Shown: one piece after another, positions 1 to 13,879 of the stretch
Layout of the letters: every line of letters begins with the position of its first letter
Position numbering within the stretch: the stretch's first letter is position 1
Origin: Tubiluchus corallicola
Taxonomy: Eukaryota > Animalia > Priapulida
DNA: 64,000 nucleotides
Direction of reading: 5' to 3'
NCBI GenBank assembly: GCA_030141605.1
Contig: JAQGDQ010002371.1
Coordinates: 310,001 to 374,000, forward strand
The notes under the pieces: generated by a model
What the model saw: the letters and a program-made list of their open reading frames with translations, nothing else
What the model was told of the DNA's origin: nothing
Database searches by the model: none
Program-made: the position numbers and the translations under genes

Positions 1-2335
1 GCAAAACTCTTCCCTGCTCTTTCCACAAACAGTTATTTATAACCACCGTAAAGTCGGCAATAATTAAACCGACATTTGAGACAGGAATAAAACTTTTCTG
101 CCTCCTTATAGCAAGCAGCAAACAGCCGCAAGTGCGTTAACTTAAACGGTGCTTTCCGTTTGGTCTTTTGTAAAGATCAGTCTCAAGAGGCTGAACGGTT
201 AAACGTTTGGATTTGTTGAATTGTCCAACAATTTTTTTCGAAACACTCTTCGACTTCTAATGGTACAGTAATTGATGATTGACAGTAACGTTACTGCGTA
301 AGTATAGCTGACAAAAGCAATCAATTGCAAAACAGAAAATTATTTTAAATCCACAAAAGGTCATCCTATTTGATAGTTGGCCTTTGTAAGTATTCTGATC
401 ACGCCATATGCAAAGTTACGTATTTATATTTAACATCATTAAAAACTATCATTACAACATGTTTTAGTTGGCTTAAAATGGTAATCTGGCAGGGTTTATT
501 TTAGGTACAATATTGTGAGTTATGAGAATTTTAATATAGCAGTATTCGGTTTTATTAGTCTCCCTTGGGTTCATTTTTCTCTTTATTGTCGTGTGACATT
601 AGATACTACAGGCCACTGCGTGAAGAATATAAAATATTAACAAGGCATGTAAAAATGATTCTGCTTCGTGTCTGCTAAGCACAATGGGTTTACCAAAATG
701 TCTAAATTTTTAAACTCGTAGCAGCAGAAGCAGGATTTAATATAGGAAACAAAAACGGTCATTTGCAGTTCAGCAGTTTAGCAAAAATCCTTATGTAAAT
801 GTTAAACTTCGTTTACAATACTTAACAAAAATGGGCACTTACCTACAATCTATTTAAAAAAACACAATAAAGAAAAAAAGATAACCACAGCGCTCAGTAC
901 ACCTCTGCGGACTATAGTTAGGCGAAGAAGAAAACGAAAAATAATCACTAAATACCATTTTTGGTATAGAAGAAAATACTCGAGTCAGTGTACTTTACTA
1001 TACTTTCGCCTTTGCGTTTCTTTCGACGCAGTGCTAAATTTAGCTTGTTCAATTAAAACGCATGTTAAAATAAAAAACATTATTATGGTATTGGTGACAA
1101 AAAGATTGCGTAACATAAATTTGTCAGAAACTGAACATAGAACTCAGGTGTCAACCGAAAAAAGGGTCTATTGCAGTATTAACTGGTAAATTACTTCCTG
1201 TAAATGTAGGAAAGAAATGATTAAATGATTCAGTAACTTAATTCTTAGCTAGATTGCATTTGTGTTTATATTATTTAGTACAAACATAAAGTAAAAGTCT
1301 CTATTCCTTGGCAAAGAATAACGTTAAGAACAAGTATATGATGTTATTGGTGTACATGTCTCTAGTGGCAAAGCTGTGCAAAAAGTTATTATTTTTTAAT
1401 TAAAATGGGCCTTAATTTGCTTGAGTCTCGTTGCTGTTAATATTGTCAGAACAACACAGCTCCGTATTCTAGTGTTCGAAAACGCGAAACACTCGTGACA
1501 CACAAACGTGAAAACACGCTTCGCAGCTTCCTAACAGAATCACATTCAAAAGATTTAGGAGTAATCTAGCTGTCACTGCACGTTTTGCAAAAGCAAAATT
1601 TTTACTATTACTATACTGAAACATGGCTGCATCCGGTGCAGCGAGCTATACATTTGCTGTGTTTATGGATTGCAGCATACCGCTTTTCTGACAAAATTCT
1701 CCTATTGTTAGAATTTTTCAGAATTTTCAGAATGTATTCATGAATTGGGAAATCTGTTCAGGTATTGACGTTTCGTTTCGAAAGAACAATTGTAAATTAA
1801 ATGTTAGCCATAACAAAACAGTCTGTGAAAAAGCTTTTCTCTCACTAAGTTCTTTATTTGTTTAGAAACTTAGTACCTCCCTCATAAGACCTCGTCAGAT
1901 GTTAAAAAAGGTACGTCTAATGCCTTATCAGAAATAAACACGCGTTAGTAGTAAAGCATTCTTGGAGTAAATATTAAGGCTACATTTTTTTGTTTAAATG
2001 AAATTACAAGCATTGTAAATTTATTTACTTAATGATTGAATGATTCAGCAGCCAGGTCAGCAAATTTGATCGTGGAAACTAAAATGATTAATAGTAGTCT
2101 ACTGTAGACGAACATATCTAGATAATCTTATGTAGCTTATGAAACGTCAGCAGTATCCTGAGTGTAACAGAATTAAATGCACCCCGAAAAAATTTCCTTT
2201 AAGGGTTAATACTTGGTCCTCTGCTGTAGATGATTTATGTCTACACTATGATCTTAGATCTTACATTTCGTGATAAGAGCATTAATATCTTTCCTAATTG
2301 GATTTGGCCTTCATTTCTAAAGTTCAAATTGTGCA

Positions 2336-2380
2336 ATATATATATATATATATATATGTATATTTATATATATATATATA
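2336..2380. repeat. (TA)n microsatellite, imperfect
   Basis: Run of TA dinucleotides with two interruptions, read directly. Confidence 0.9.
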
Positions 2381-2570
2381 TTGGTAAAATTCAAACACTC
2401 TAGGTATACCGTTTTATTAGATTTGGTGTTAACAGTGGGCATTTTCCAGGTCGCGTCAGTCAGTTGGTTGACCAATCATATAGTCGAATGAATAACTAGA
2501 GTGACCGAACGACCACATCACTGACCGGCAATAGATTGAACTGCCAAATAACTAGGATAAATAAGCAACT

Positions 2571-2662
2571 ATGCATACAGACAAGCAAGTGAGCAGACAA
2601 ACAGGCAAACACCCGGAATAAAACTATTACACCTCAGCTTAACTTCGTGGTTAATGGGTAAT
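2571..2662 (-). mobile_element. HINE/DINE-1-like (Helentron-derived) short element end, decayed
   Basis: ACAG/AAAC-type microsatellite followed by a short hairpin-like terminus (attacacctc...gggtaat). It has the same layout, in reverse, as the copies at 29287 and 35220. Confidence 0.3.
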
Positions 2663-5600
2663 TGGAAATGTAAAGAGAAGCCACTTAGTTACTTAATTAA
2701 AATCTAATAAAATAACTCAGTTACCCTACGATATTGGATTTTAGGATCAATAATGTCCACGTTTACTAATTTAATAAAACCGCAAATCAGCTTACTATTT
2801 TTGTGGCTAAGGCAGTGTTGAGAAATTGAAATATCATTTTAGCATTGCGCGTCTTCAATTTACTTGTGGTGACATATATTTTTGCCATGTGCATTATCAT
2901 CTGTTAAAAGTTCTTATCTGCTCCTGAAACCTTACAATGACACATCCGCCGAGCACTTCCAGCGTTTGCAATATCATTTTTGCGAAATTGCACCATATTG
3001 GATATCTTTTTTATGTCTCACAACATTTACAGTTAGCTATTAACGTAGCTTCAAATGCGTAACCTTGATTATCTACGTTCGACAAAACGTGGTAACGGTA
3101 ATTGTAACAAGTGAAATAATATTCAGACGCTTTGCATTCATGCGTACTAGATATATTATTTTTAGTGATTTTAGAGTTTTTGTATTGTTACTATAATACC
3201 GCAAGTTTGTTTTAAATGGTCAGGGCTTTCGAATAATCTGGATGCCTGAAGTTGTTACGGTTCACACTGCGCTTGACCGAACATGGGAAAATTATTAATT
3301 TCAAAGTTCGTCTGGGATATAAAATATCTGTTTGGGGCGTTGAAAAAATAAACCTTAAATAATCAAGTAGGGGTCATTATAAGAGGGTCTGCTTGTGAAC
3401 AAATTAATAACAAATCTTCTCTATAGCTCTCTTTCAGTTCGATGCTTTCCGCGTTATTCAATGCTGAAATGTGCTTAACAAAAAACGGGAAACAACTTCT
3501 TCAGAAACGTAAACAATGATAATCAAAGAAAAAGTTTAGCAAAATCATCAAAATGTACAAAAAGCCACGGTTCGTGGTTCCCGATGTTACAGTACGTAAA
3601 AGCAAATTATACTAATCGTAAGTGTATTGTGTTTGCTAAGAATGTTTTAAATCAGAGATATTGATTGAATGGAAGTAATTATCAGTAAACTAAAAATCAG
3701 TAAAATAAATCACTGCAAAATGGACCCATTCGCACAAATCGCAGATAAAATTGTAAAATCTCGTGCAAATGGCATGAACTGCAAAAACTACTATATAGTT
3801 GCTCAAAAACTGCGTTTTTACCTGTAATGTGTCGCCTAACGAAGAATTGAGTTCGTGTACCGGTTTGCAGTTTAAATAATCTGACCAATTTGACCACGTT
3901 CCTCCTAACAAACAATCTTTACTTGCATTATCTGTGAATGTAAAGGGAAATTAGTTATTATTTATTAGTTATTAATTTCATTATGCTTCATCAGCACATT
4001 TTTGGGCGTTAGATTTCTCCAAACCACCGAAAACATACAGAGATGCAAAATGCAAAAACAGAGGTCTCACTGCTAAGGCTAATTTCAAATTAATCTAGAA
4101 GCCATCCTCCCCCTCATTATTTTTCTCTGCGGTCTGCGCCCATGTAAGCCAAACCTATTGATTAGGAAATAATTAGGAAAAACATACGAACTATTCTTTG
4201 GAAAAATTGTCTTTCGCGCAAAAAATAAATTTTTCTAAACTAAAAAAATAATAGTTTTGACGTACATTCTTGTGGGAACAACATAGGATACTGAGGAAAC
4301 GATATAGTTTGTCATGTTGGAGGGTCGACATAGAATGTCGTTGTTACGACGTCCTGTGCTGGCTGAGCGACATGAATATTTTTATTGCCAAGTTGCAGGC
4401 CCAGACTGTGCACACAGAAAGATAACGATGTCTCTTCAATTAAAATTAGTCTTTTATTAAAATAAGGAAATCATTAATGTCACATGGTAATCATTGTGAA
4501 TGCAACATTTATTATCATAATCCTTTTAATGGTCAATAAGGTTTCAACAAATCGAAAAATCTATTTTAGAATGAAGTTTATGCAATAGAATAGCGCGATG
4601 GTTTCGACGACAAAGAAAAATAGTCTTTCAAGGAAATGATGTGGAAGACTGCACAGTGAATATACAATTATTTGAAAAATATATTTCATCGTTTCTTTGA
4701 ATTTCGTCTCTTTCGTAAGCAAGTCAGAATATTTGAAATAAATGCGGAATAAACTGTATTAGTATAGACCAGAAGTATTTGCGTTTACCGCATGAATGCT
4801 GTGAATAGTACTGCACGCGTAAATCGGTTAAATTTATGTCAACTTAACCAAACCCGTCGCAAATCGGTGAAAGTGTAAATGACAGCAAATCACGCTCAAT
4901 TCACGAGATGCTCAATTACATGAAAATAGTTTAATAGTGGAAATTGGGGCGTGGCAGTTTTCGCTTTCTTCAATTTGTTCTTCAAATTTGAGGATTTTCC
5001 AGGTATTAACAATGATTATTATTACGACAAACAATTTTTTCTAGTCATAGTATTGATTCTTTTGAAAGCTATTGCAAAATTTAGCCTACAAGTTATGCAC
5101 TTTTATCATTACTAGTTTAGTTGCTGAATGAATATCTGTGCAGTGTCGCCTGCATACATTCTGAATTATAGTTGCACTTAAAAGCGACAAAAACAAAGGC
5201 GAAGATTCGTCAATTGAACGCGAAAATGCAACAGAAATGCGAGCTTAGAAAACACCACAAATAAGAAAAACACAAAAAGTATAAGAAGATGAAACATGAA
5301 GAAATGTAGTGTTAAAGACGAGAACCTAAAAACTAATTAAAACCCACGAAAACACAAGCAAAATCAGAATAATACAAAGGTAGAAATTCAAAATGTGGGC
5401 ATAATGAAAACATCAAAGATAGAGGATCACTTTTAATACGTTTGTTAGTCAATACACAATTAGACGAAATAATGCGCGAACGAGAAAAAACAGAGAAAAA
5501 ATCTACAAGCAAGAAAAACAAAATTCAAAAACGTGACAACACAAAACTACAAAAACGCAAAGATGAGAAAACGAAAATACGAAACGTCTCTTCTTCGATT

Positions 5601-6481
5601 CCGTAATTGGTTTTCATCAAGGTGTGCCTACGCATAGGAAATCTGCCTGGTTATTAATTAATTTCACAATAGCAACATTTCTGGTTCACACGATAATAAA
5701 GTCGTGCTACTTTAATTGACAGCAGGAGTCTGAGTGCAATGACAATAAGAACTAATTAGTATTGCAATTATAACAGTTCCACCTCATTTTAAATGTCACA
5801 GTTAGCATCTATTAGATACAGATTAGTAATACAGCCACTGGGTTTGTGTTATGTAAACGCGTTACGTAGTAATTAATTATTTGTTTATTATTCTTTAATA
5901 GTAATGGTTATAGATATAATATCTGTATAGATGGATATAAGAGCATTTATTGAGTAAGTTCCATTGCTAGAACACCAGCTGTTTCATCACGCATCTTTGA
6001 CCATTACATACACCAACAGAAAGGTGTCTTCTCATTGGTGATTTTTTTCAGTTGGGCGCTGGGAAAAATTAAAGGAAAAACGCTATTTCTATTTTCGCTT
6101 TCTGCAACTCATGACTTATCAGCGTACTGTATACTGAACGTTTTATGTTTTCAAGATGTTAATATTCACTTCTTCGCGAGAAGTTATTTTTACTAGTTAC
6201 TGAGTTCGAAAAAAATGAGCTTAATTTCCTCTGATTCTTATAAATTAGCTTGAAACTCCAATTCAGGTCCTTTTAGATGGTGAGTTTTGGCAACCTCTTC
6301 CAAATACCTTTTGATACGTTGTTTTTATTATCAACGTCGGAGAAAGGGTCTTTTCCTTTAAAAACGTTAACATAAACACACAGCTATGCAAGAGATTTCT
6401 GTCTATAATTATGCCTATGATTTTTGTTATTACTATTTTAAATGTTGTAAGTATTAATTAATAAAACAACTTCACACTAAC

Positions 6482-6616
6482 CAGATGTGTCGTACTGTAT
6501 GTTTCCAACAAAAGCTGGACACGTTAGATATTGAGTGAACCCTTCTAAAGTAGGTGGCCAACAAAGAATGCCGTCAAAGTGCGCTGGACAGCGTCTTCTT
6601 CCGTTGTAGAAATACC
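6482..6616 (-). CDS. Class B1 (secretin-family) GPCR, hormone-binding ectodomain exon; CRF/DH44 receptor-like
   Basis: 135-nt phase 1-1 exon, ttcttcAG acceptor and GTtagt donor. It encodes YFYNGRRRCPAHFDGILCWPPTLEGFTQYLTCPAFVGNIQYDTS, with the C-x4-D-x3-CWP-x-T...CP motif. The CPAF...YDT tail resembles CRHR/DH44R. Downstream exons were not found and probably lie left of the window. Confidence 0.85.
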
Positions 6617-7024
6617 CTGAAGAAAAACGAAGAGAGACAATGATAATTTTGCTAGAGCCCAAAAAATGCGTGGGAAAATTCTGTGTTGCACGAACGACAT
6701 CTATGTCACACGCATGGGGTTATTATGACTTTCTTGTAATTTATTCCTAGACAGGGTAATAGCTCATTCCGGGCGCAAGCTAGTCTTGGGTGTTTACCTC
6801 GTAGAGTTCGAACAAGACTGGGACACCTCTACCGGTTCAGTAACTCATCTTAGAGGATTATCATTGATAGAGAGCCATGATCCGCTCACGCTACAAACAT
6901 CTCGTTGGGCAGTTGTCTGTGAGTGCTGGCTTCCGGCTTGCGGTGTAACAGCGCTATTTGACAAGAATGCGGTAAAATTCAACCATTGTGTCTGTGAGTG
7001 TCAACCAAGTGTGAATATTCTACG

Positions 7025-7921
7025 TAGACTAGAAGAAAATCCTGAAAAGGTGCTGCTTTAAAGTTGTAGGGGTGTTTTTTCTAAAACTGGGCAACATAGC
7101 CAGTCTTATCAATTTGAGTATCCTCTATCCGAAAAGGCTATTGTTAGCTTGAAAATTTATCGGAAAAGGGTCGAAAACGGAAAAAATAGCCATATTAACG
7201 AGAGCGATTACGACTTCAATTCCAGAGTAGTTGGACCTAAAAAATCCATTCCTGTTCCTGTTACTTTTATTTCAAAATGGCTGCTACGCAAAACGAAATT
7301 GTGCCGATCGTGCAATTTTATTAGCTGTACGTTTCATCTACAGTACAAAACAAAAAGCAAATTATTGCTGAATCTAGAAAATTGCTAGACTGCAAAAAAG
7401 ACGCCAAAGGCTTTTGAAACTGCTCATTAAGCAAAAAACAAAGTGTTCGTTGCCTCCCCGAAAAATTGCACAGTTCGCCTAAAACTTAAGAAACTTTGCG
7501 CAGTGTTAGAACCCATCAAGGTGTTTAATTTTGGATATGCTGTGAATAGAAAATTCTCCAATTTGGCAGCCATTTTCAAGATGACCGACAAGATAACGGC
7601 CGTTAGCATACATAGGCCATATCTTAAACAGGTAGAACAGATGAGATTATGATTTTGGTGTCTATAGGGCCTATATAGGTTTCCAAGGTTAAGAGATCCA
7701 CAGCTGATACTTAAATGCACCTTACTTATGACGTCCCTTACTTAGAATTTCAGGATGGTTGCCAAGATGGCTGTACAATAGCCGATTGTACAATACTTTA
7801 GCTATATCGCATGTTCTGCTTTACAGACCAAGGATTTAAAACCTTACTTGTTATTATTTTTTCATTATTATTGCTGTTGTTGTTGTTGTTGTTGCTATTG
7901 TTGTTGTTGTTGTTGTTGTTG

Positions 7922-8006
<85 letters not shown>

Positions 8007-8031
8007 CATTATCATCATCATTATCATTATT

Positions 8032-8066
<35 letters not shown>

Positions 8067-9783
8067 CATTATTATTTATATTGAACAAAATCACGAATAC
8101 ACATCACATATTCAATACAGAATCTGATAAAGAAGCCCGAAGATAAAAAAATCCTTGAAAGAAACAGTTTAGGTCAGAATTTATGGACCCTGATATAGAT
8201 AATACTGATAACCTCTAAAACAATCTGTCACGTTCACTAGTGCCGCCACACCACTGTATTTGGACCAGGCTGTGCAAACAAGTCTTGCTTGGACACATTT
8301 ACATTTGCCATAGTACCATTTGGCTGGCTGGCTGACAGCCATATTTAATAATTGCTTCAGTTCCACATGTCCGATGTGGTTCCCATGTCAAGTCAGTGGA
8401 TTTTCTCGGTGCAGTCAAATGGTGATGGTCAAGCTGGGGACAGTGATGAACGCTTGGCCTAACAGCATCCTGCCTCATATACCACATGTCTGGTGTACTC
8501 CAATAGTGCAGCAGGTCATCCCCGCAGATGTTGGAGAAAATGCCTCCATTGACATTGCCTTTCTTGTGAACAAGCCTTTATATGCTTTGTCAATTAGCAT
8601 CAAAACGTGCTTGCTGTGTCATACAAGAGTGTGACAAAACGTTCAAGCACAGGCGTGAGTTCAGTCAGCTGCTCAGCTCTAATCGTGTTTCTTAGCGATA
8701 CAAATCCTTCTGTTATCGCCTTAAACACTTGCCACGTAGGCCAAACCATCTTTTCCTTCTCTCTGTAAATGCTGAAACTTGGTCGGAACCAGTATTGGCA
8801 TGAAATACTGACGAAGCTGGTCTCTTTAAGTCCCATGCTATTCACAGTTTCAAAGGGCCAAAGATATTGCCTTTATAAACTAGTAACAGCTATTTCGTCA
8901 GCCAACGTGAAGATGGCGACCATATCGGATATTACCCTAAAGCCTTGACCTTCAAAGCCTACATATAAACAATAAAATCACCATTCTATTTGCTTCAGAA
9001 TATGCAATGTAGCTAATATATTAAACAAGTGGCTACAGGCACGAAATCTTAACAGAGGTTATATTATAGGCATTTTTAGGCATTAGACATGGATTCCTTG
9101 ACCTTGAAAACCTGTACTTAGACACCAAAATCGTCATCTAAACTATCTGGTCGGGCATCTTGAAAATGGCAACCATATTGGATATTTCTGATTGGTCTCA
9201 TATCCCAAATTAATCACCTTGATGGGTTCTAGCAGTGTGCAAAGTTTCATAACTTTTACGCAAAATTGGCAAGTTTAGGCAAATTATCTAGACTATATAA
9301 GTCGGAAACCGGGCGCACATTTTGTTTTTGTTTTTGCTTATTAAACTGTCTAAGTCGCCTTGTGTCTTTTTTGGGAGTCTTTTTTATATTCAGCAAGGTC
9401 GAATTAATAAAAATAATTTGCTTTTTGTTTTTATAACAAATCTTTAAATGAAATTGCATAGTTAGCATAATTTTGTTTTGGGCGACGGCCATTTTTGAAA
9501 TAAAGCTAAGAGAAACTAATTGCTTAGGCCCAGCAGCTTAAGCAAAATGTCATGATTGCATCTTAATGATAATGTTGTGGCAATGATTTTTTTAAATTTA
9601 TATTGTTTGTGCAAAAACATAGCGGTCATTTCTTTTTTATTTTGCATTTTGAGCCCTTTCCGCTAATTTTTCAAGCCGGCTAGGGTCTTTTTGATTTCAA
9701 ATTGACAAGACTGGCTATGCTGCCTAGTGCCCACTTAAAAAACGCCTCCAATGTTCCATTTTTCTGAAAAGTCGTCTAATCTA
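7025..9783 (-). mobile_element. Academ-like DNA transposon, internally deleted and non-autonomous
   Basis: Long imperfect TIRs starting TAGA and ending TCTA: 7025-7190 matches revcomp 9620-9783, and 7487-7700 matches revcomp 9090-9250. Near-identical 3-bp flanks acg/aca. The internal minus-strand relic 8180-8850 encodes LERFVTLLYD, WEPH and CKCVQARLVCTA, typical of the XPG-like/Cys-rich C-terminus of Academ proteins. Confidence 0.65.
7864..8074. repeat. Compound trinucleotide microsatellite (TTG)n-(TTA)n-(TCA/TTA)n
   Basis: Read directly. It explains the poly-L/N/I/Y ORFs in the track. Confidence 0.95.
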
Positions 9784-10414
9784 ACAATTTAACTAGAATT
9801 TAAACAGCGGTACAACTCCAAATGAGCATAAAAACCGAAATCTTTTTTGGAGGATTTCATAATTTTGTTGTGTGCAATGTTGCAGGCTATAAACGGACTC
9901 TAGCAATGGAGTGACCATAAACTAACGGAGCAGAATTTAGGTGGCTATTTGTTAGGAGCACTGACTGCTCTGTGCTATTAGAGGTTATTTATGAGAGCAT
10001 TCTTAAATTGACATTGATTTGTTGAAGGTAGCCGTAGTTCAGAAAGAATTCGTTTCGTCAACAAGCACCTTCATATCTAAGATCTGACAACCAGCAAGTT
10101 GCTGATTCACATTTTTTATATATCTGTTGCTGATTTGTCGCGGATAGTACTAATGTTACTCCTGTATTTGTAGGACAAATTATCATCACTTTAATTTAGA
10201 AAAATCTACTTGCTCCGCAGCAAAATTGTTTTTGGTTTTACGTACACGATGTCGTTTTGTTAGTTCCAAAAGGACAGAATTTTTTTGTATTTTGTTTAAC
10301 GAAACTGCTATAAACTTTGCATACAAATTTCTTGCCGACTAAAAAAAGCATGTAGAAGTTCAACAGACAATGATATGAAACAGCAGCTTTCTAGATAATT
10401 TCAAAATACAGATT

Positions 10415-10415
<1 letters not shown>

Positions 10416-10482
<67 letters not shown>
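10416..10482. repeat. (AG)n microsatellite
   Basis: Perfect dinucleotide run of about 67 nt. Confidence 0.95.
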
Positions 10483-10483
<1 letters not shown>

Positions 10484-11714
10484 GAGTGCACTGCATTGCA
10501 TGGGTGGCATCGCATTTGGTTGCGTTTTGTTTGCATTATATTTTCTGTTGCAGGTTAAATGAGAGAGTGAACACCGAGTAATTTAGCAATTTAATTAATA
10601 GTTTGTCTAATTAAAAAAACTTCAAGATCAAGCAACTCGTTAAAGCCTCAGTGGGTTTGATATCATCTTTAGATTTGATCAAGACTTTGCTAACTTAATG
10701 ACATGCTTCTAAGTACGAATCGATCTGCACAAAAGCATCTGATTAAACACAGAGTGCAGAGTGAGCATCCTCAGTGTTTATGATGACATCTCCCTCAGGA
10801 TGTAAGAATCAAATAAAGAAACCCAGTCTTGATGCTTCAGCATCGAACCAAGACCATTTTTCATAAACGTATGCATTTTTCGTTGAAATAATGTAAAACG
10901 CTATCGTAAAAGCAATCTTCTTTATTCATCCTATGCATCTCATTGAATTTTTGATGTTGAATAGTCTGTTACGCCTAGGCACTCATGCACATGTATAGAG
11001 CACGAATGGCTATCAGTGCTCGTAACTTGCAGACCTGATTGTTACGGCATTAGCTTGACTAATAATTATTATCAGGCATCTTGTGAAGACTTCCTTAGGT
11101 TTCCGAACTAAAAAACTCTAAAATTTAATAATCCACAACAAACTGTAAAGCAATAGTCATTTACCAGTCATGCGGATATAATTTGTTCTGAGATAACCTT
11201 AAGCATCAGCTACGAATTAAGATCGATAGATGCCCTAAAATGTAGAGGCCGTAAGCATAAGCACTAGAAAAATTTCGTTGCCAACATAATTATTTTTAAT
11301 TTAAAGAATACTCGGTTAACCATAAAATAAACATTTCACTTTCTGAAATAAAAGAAAACTTATACAGTAGGTTTATTTGGACATGCCTTAACCACGTGCT
11401 TACTTTTTTGCTTAATGTTAATCCAGCCCTGATACATATTAAAGCAGCATCGTCAATTTCTTCAATTTTGTTTATAATTAACGAGCATGAATTATTTTTG
11501 AAATTAATCCTTTACAGTAAAAATGCATATACATTTAACCCGTCGAGGAGCGTAATAGAAATTGATGAACAGGTTAGAGGGAACTGATAACATAATTGAC
11601 AGGAGACAGACAGGTAAATGCATATAAACCCTAAAAGGCTGTAAACCAAAATAATTATAAGATTAATATGTAATAACTATAATCAGCAATAGGCCTATAT
11701 AAATAAAAACTTAC

Positions 11715-11781
11715 TTGTATTATTTAAAGCGTTTAACTGCAGAACGGTGCACACTGATTCCTGATCCAGCTTCTCAAACAT
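11715..11781 (-). CDS. Probable upstream coding exon of the class B1 GPCR
   Basis: ATG at 11781 gives MFEKLDQESVCTVLQLNALNNT, ending phase 1 at a GTAAGT donor. This splices in frame to the 6616 exon and supplies the first ectodomain Cys. The exon may instead begin at an AG acceptor at 11802-11803. Confidence 0.5.
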
Positions 11782-12534
11782 GTTAGCAACAAGTGATTTC
11801 ACTGTTTATATTCCGTATATATGTCCAGAACTGCCAATACATATTTACAGTCATTATGCACAGTTTGGGTTATTAGAATTTTAGGCCAATAGACGACAAC
11901 ATTTTTAAGACGCTTCAGAAACATTCGTTCAGCGCTTCAAAATAAAATCATCTTGTCCTTATAAAACAATGTTAAAAATTGCACCTTGTTTAACGCCCAT
12001 GTTTACATTTACATTTAATGAAGACAATATCTAAGTAAAAAATTGTTGCCTAATATCAAGCGTCATAATTACTGCATTTAAACAAAGATTTCAGCTTAAC
12101 GCCAAAAAATAATACTAGCCTGTTTTAGTCTCACCACAAGATTACTGCATGAGTGGATCGCTTTATGAAGCCATCTTCCCTGATGTTGCTTTTCACTGAA
12201 GCCCGTTCCTGAGCAATGCTATAATCCAGTCTACGTTTCAGTTCAGCAGAGGAGCGCGCAAATGTGGTAATTAACTCGAAATTTCGATTGTAATGTTTGT
12301 AAAATGTTCGCCAGAAATAAATAGGACACCTGCGCCATTAACAGAATTAACGACATGCGCAAACTAAAAATTATTTTGCTTAGTTATCACAAATAATCAA
12401 AAACAGATACGATTATATCTTAAGATATGGCAAATTGGTAATTGCTCATGAAAAGTGTATATGTGACAACAAGGGCACTATCGAAATACGGAAGATGATA
12501 TCAATAATAAGCAACCTGTTTATATATATATAAA

Positions 12535-13051
12535 CTAAATAAGAACAACATTGCTATTGTTCTTGCAGATTAGAACTTGCACTTATTTTGACGTGAATTC
12601 ATGTACTGTGCCTATAGCAGTAGCAAATTTTTATTTTACCAAAATATTCTTGCGCGCCAGCTGGAATACAAATTGCACAGCAGTGAAGTGGTTAATTTAG
12701 ATGATCTACTGGATTGTTTAATGCCCAGATGATATATATTATGTCAAACTGATATAAGCATGCCTAATTTATATTATTTGCTTGAAAATCTTATCGATGT
12801 TATATTAGCACTGATGTTTTAATGCACTGACTCACTTGCACCTGCACTGTGGAGAGACTTGAATCAGGTACTACTGTTTTGTTAATCCACTTTAAACAAA
12901 TAAAGATTATATATATGTATTCCAGCTGGCGCGCAAGAATATTTTGGTAAAATAAAAATTTGCTACTGCTATAGGCACAGTACATGAATTCACGTCAAAA
13001 TAAGTGCAAGTTCTAATCTGCAAGAACAATAGCAATGTTGTTCTTATTTAG
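12535..13051. repeat. Perfect 136-bp inverted repeat with 245-bp spacer
   Basis: 12535-12670 (ctaaataagaac...ctggaataca) is the exact reverse complement of 12916-13051 (tgtattccag...gttcttatttag). Confidence 0.9.
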
Positions 13052-13879
13052 CAATAGTCTTATTTATTTATTCTTACTCAATATTTATTTTTACTTGAAC
13101 CTTTGGTTGATATTAACTAAATCTTGAACTATTGTAAATAGAACCATATTGCAACAGTTTAAAAAATTCATCACTGAATTAAACATAGATTTATGACTAA
13201 AATTTACAATTTGCTCGTGACTAACGAAGCAATTCATTTAGGAAAATATTGCACTCATTTGCATAACGTGTACATTCAAAAAAGTAATGTACTTAATTTT
13301 CAACGAAACTATTACTAGAACATATTCGGCTATCTGTTATGTTGCGAGAAAACAAATCAGAATTCAACTGTGTAAATTTCAAAATAAATCTATTTGTTAA
13401 CATTTCATGTTTTCTGGCTTCATTCTTTTTTACACTGATATTTATTATAGGATGTTCCCACTCCTTAGAAACAAGGCCTTTAAAGCAACCTGTTTTTTTA
13501 CTGTCATAGCAAGAATCGTTCATTACAAGACGATTTTTAATAATTATGTAACTAGCATAATCAAAGTTATGTGATATGACGATTAAAATGTGATGATGTA
13601 GCGAAAAGTAGTTTATTATATTTCTAATGTAGGCACATCATTCCTCAAATAGTATACTTATTACCTGCCAGAAAGTATAGTGTTCTGCCTAAGTGTCATT
13701 TTAAAAAACTGATATTCTAGTCAAAAATAGCCACAAGTAAACATTTTCTTAGTCTCTGATTGGCCCGTTCTATCTACTTGTAAATATACTATAAAATGCA
13801 AATATATCGATGTTAGTTAACGCTAGTTAAAAATCCTAGCTGAACCCAATCATTTCTTAGATAGCTCTTAGACCAGGTC

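Noticed and set aside
7798-8146. Poly-N, poly-L, poly-I and poly-C/Y ORFs
   Set aside because: Artefacts of the stop-free trinucleotide microsatellite.
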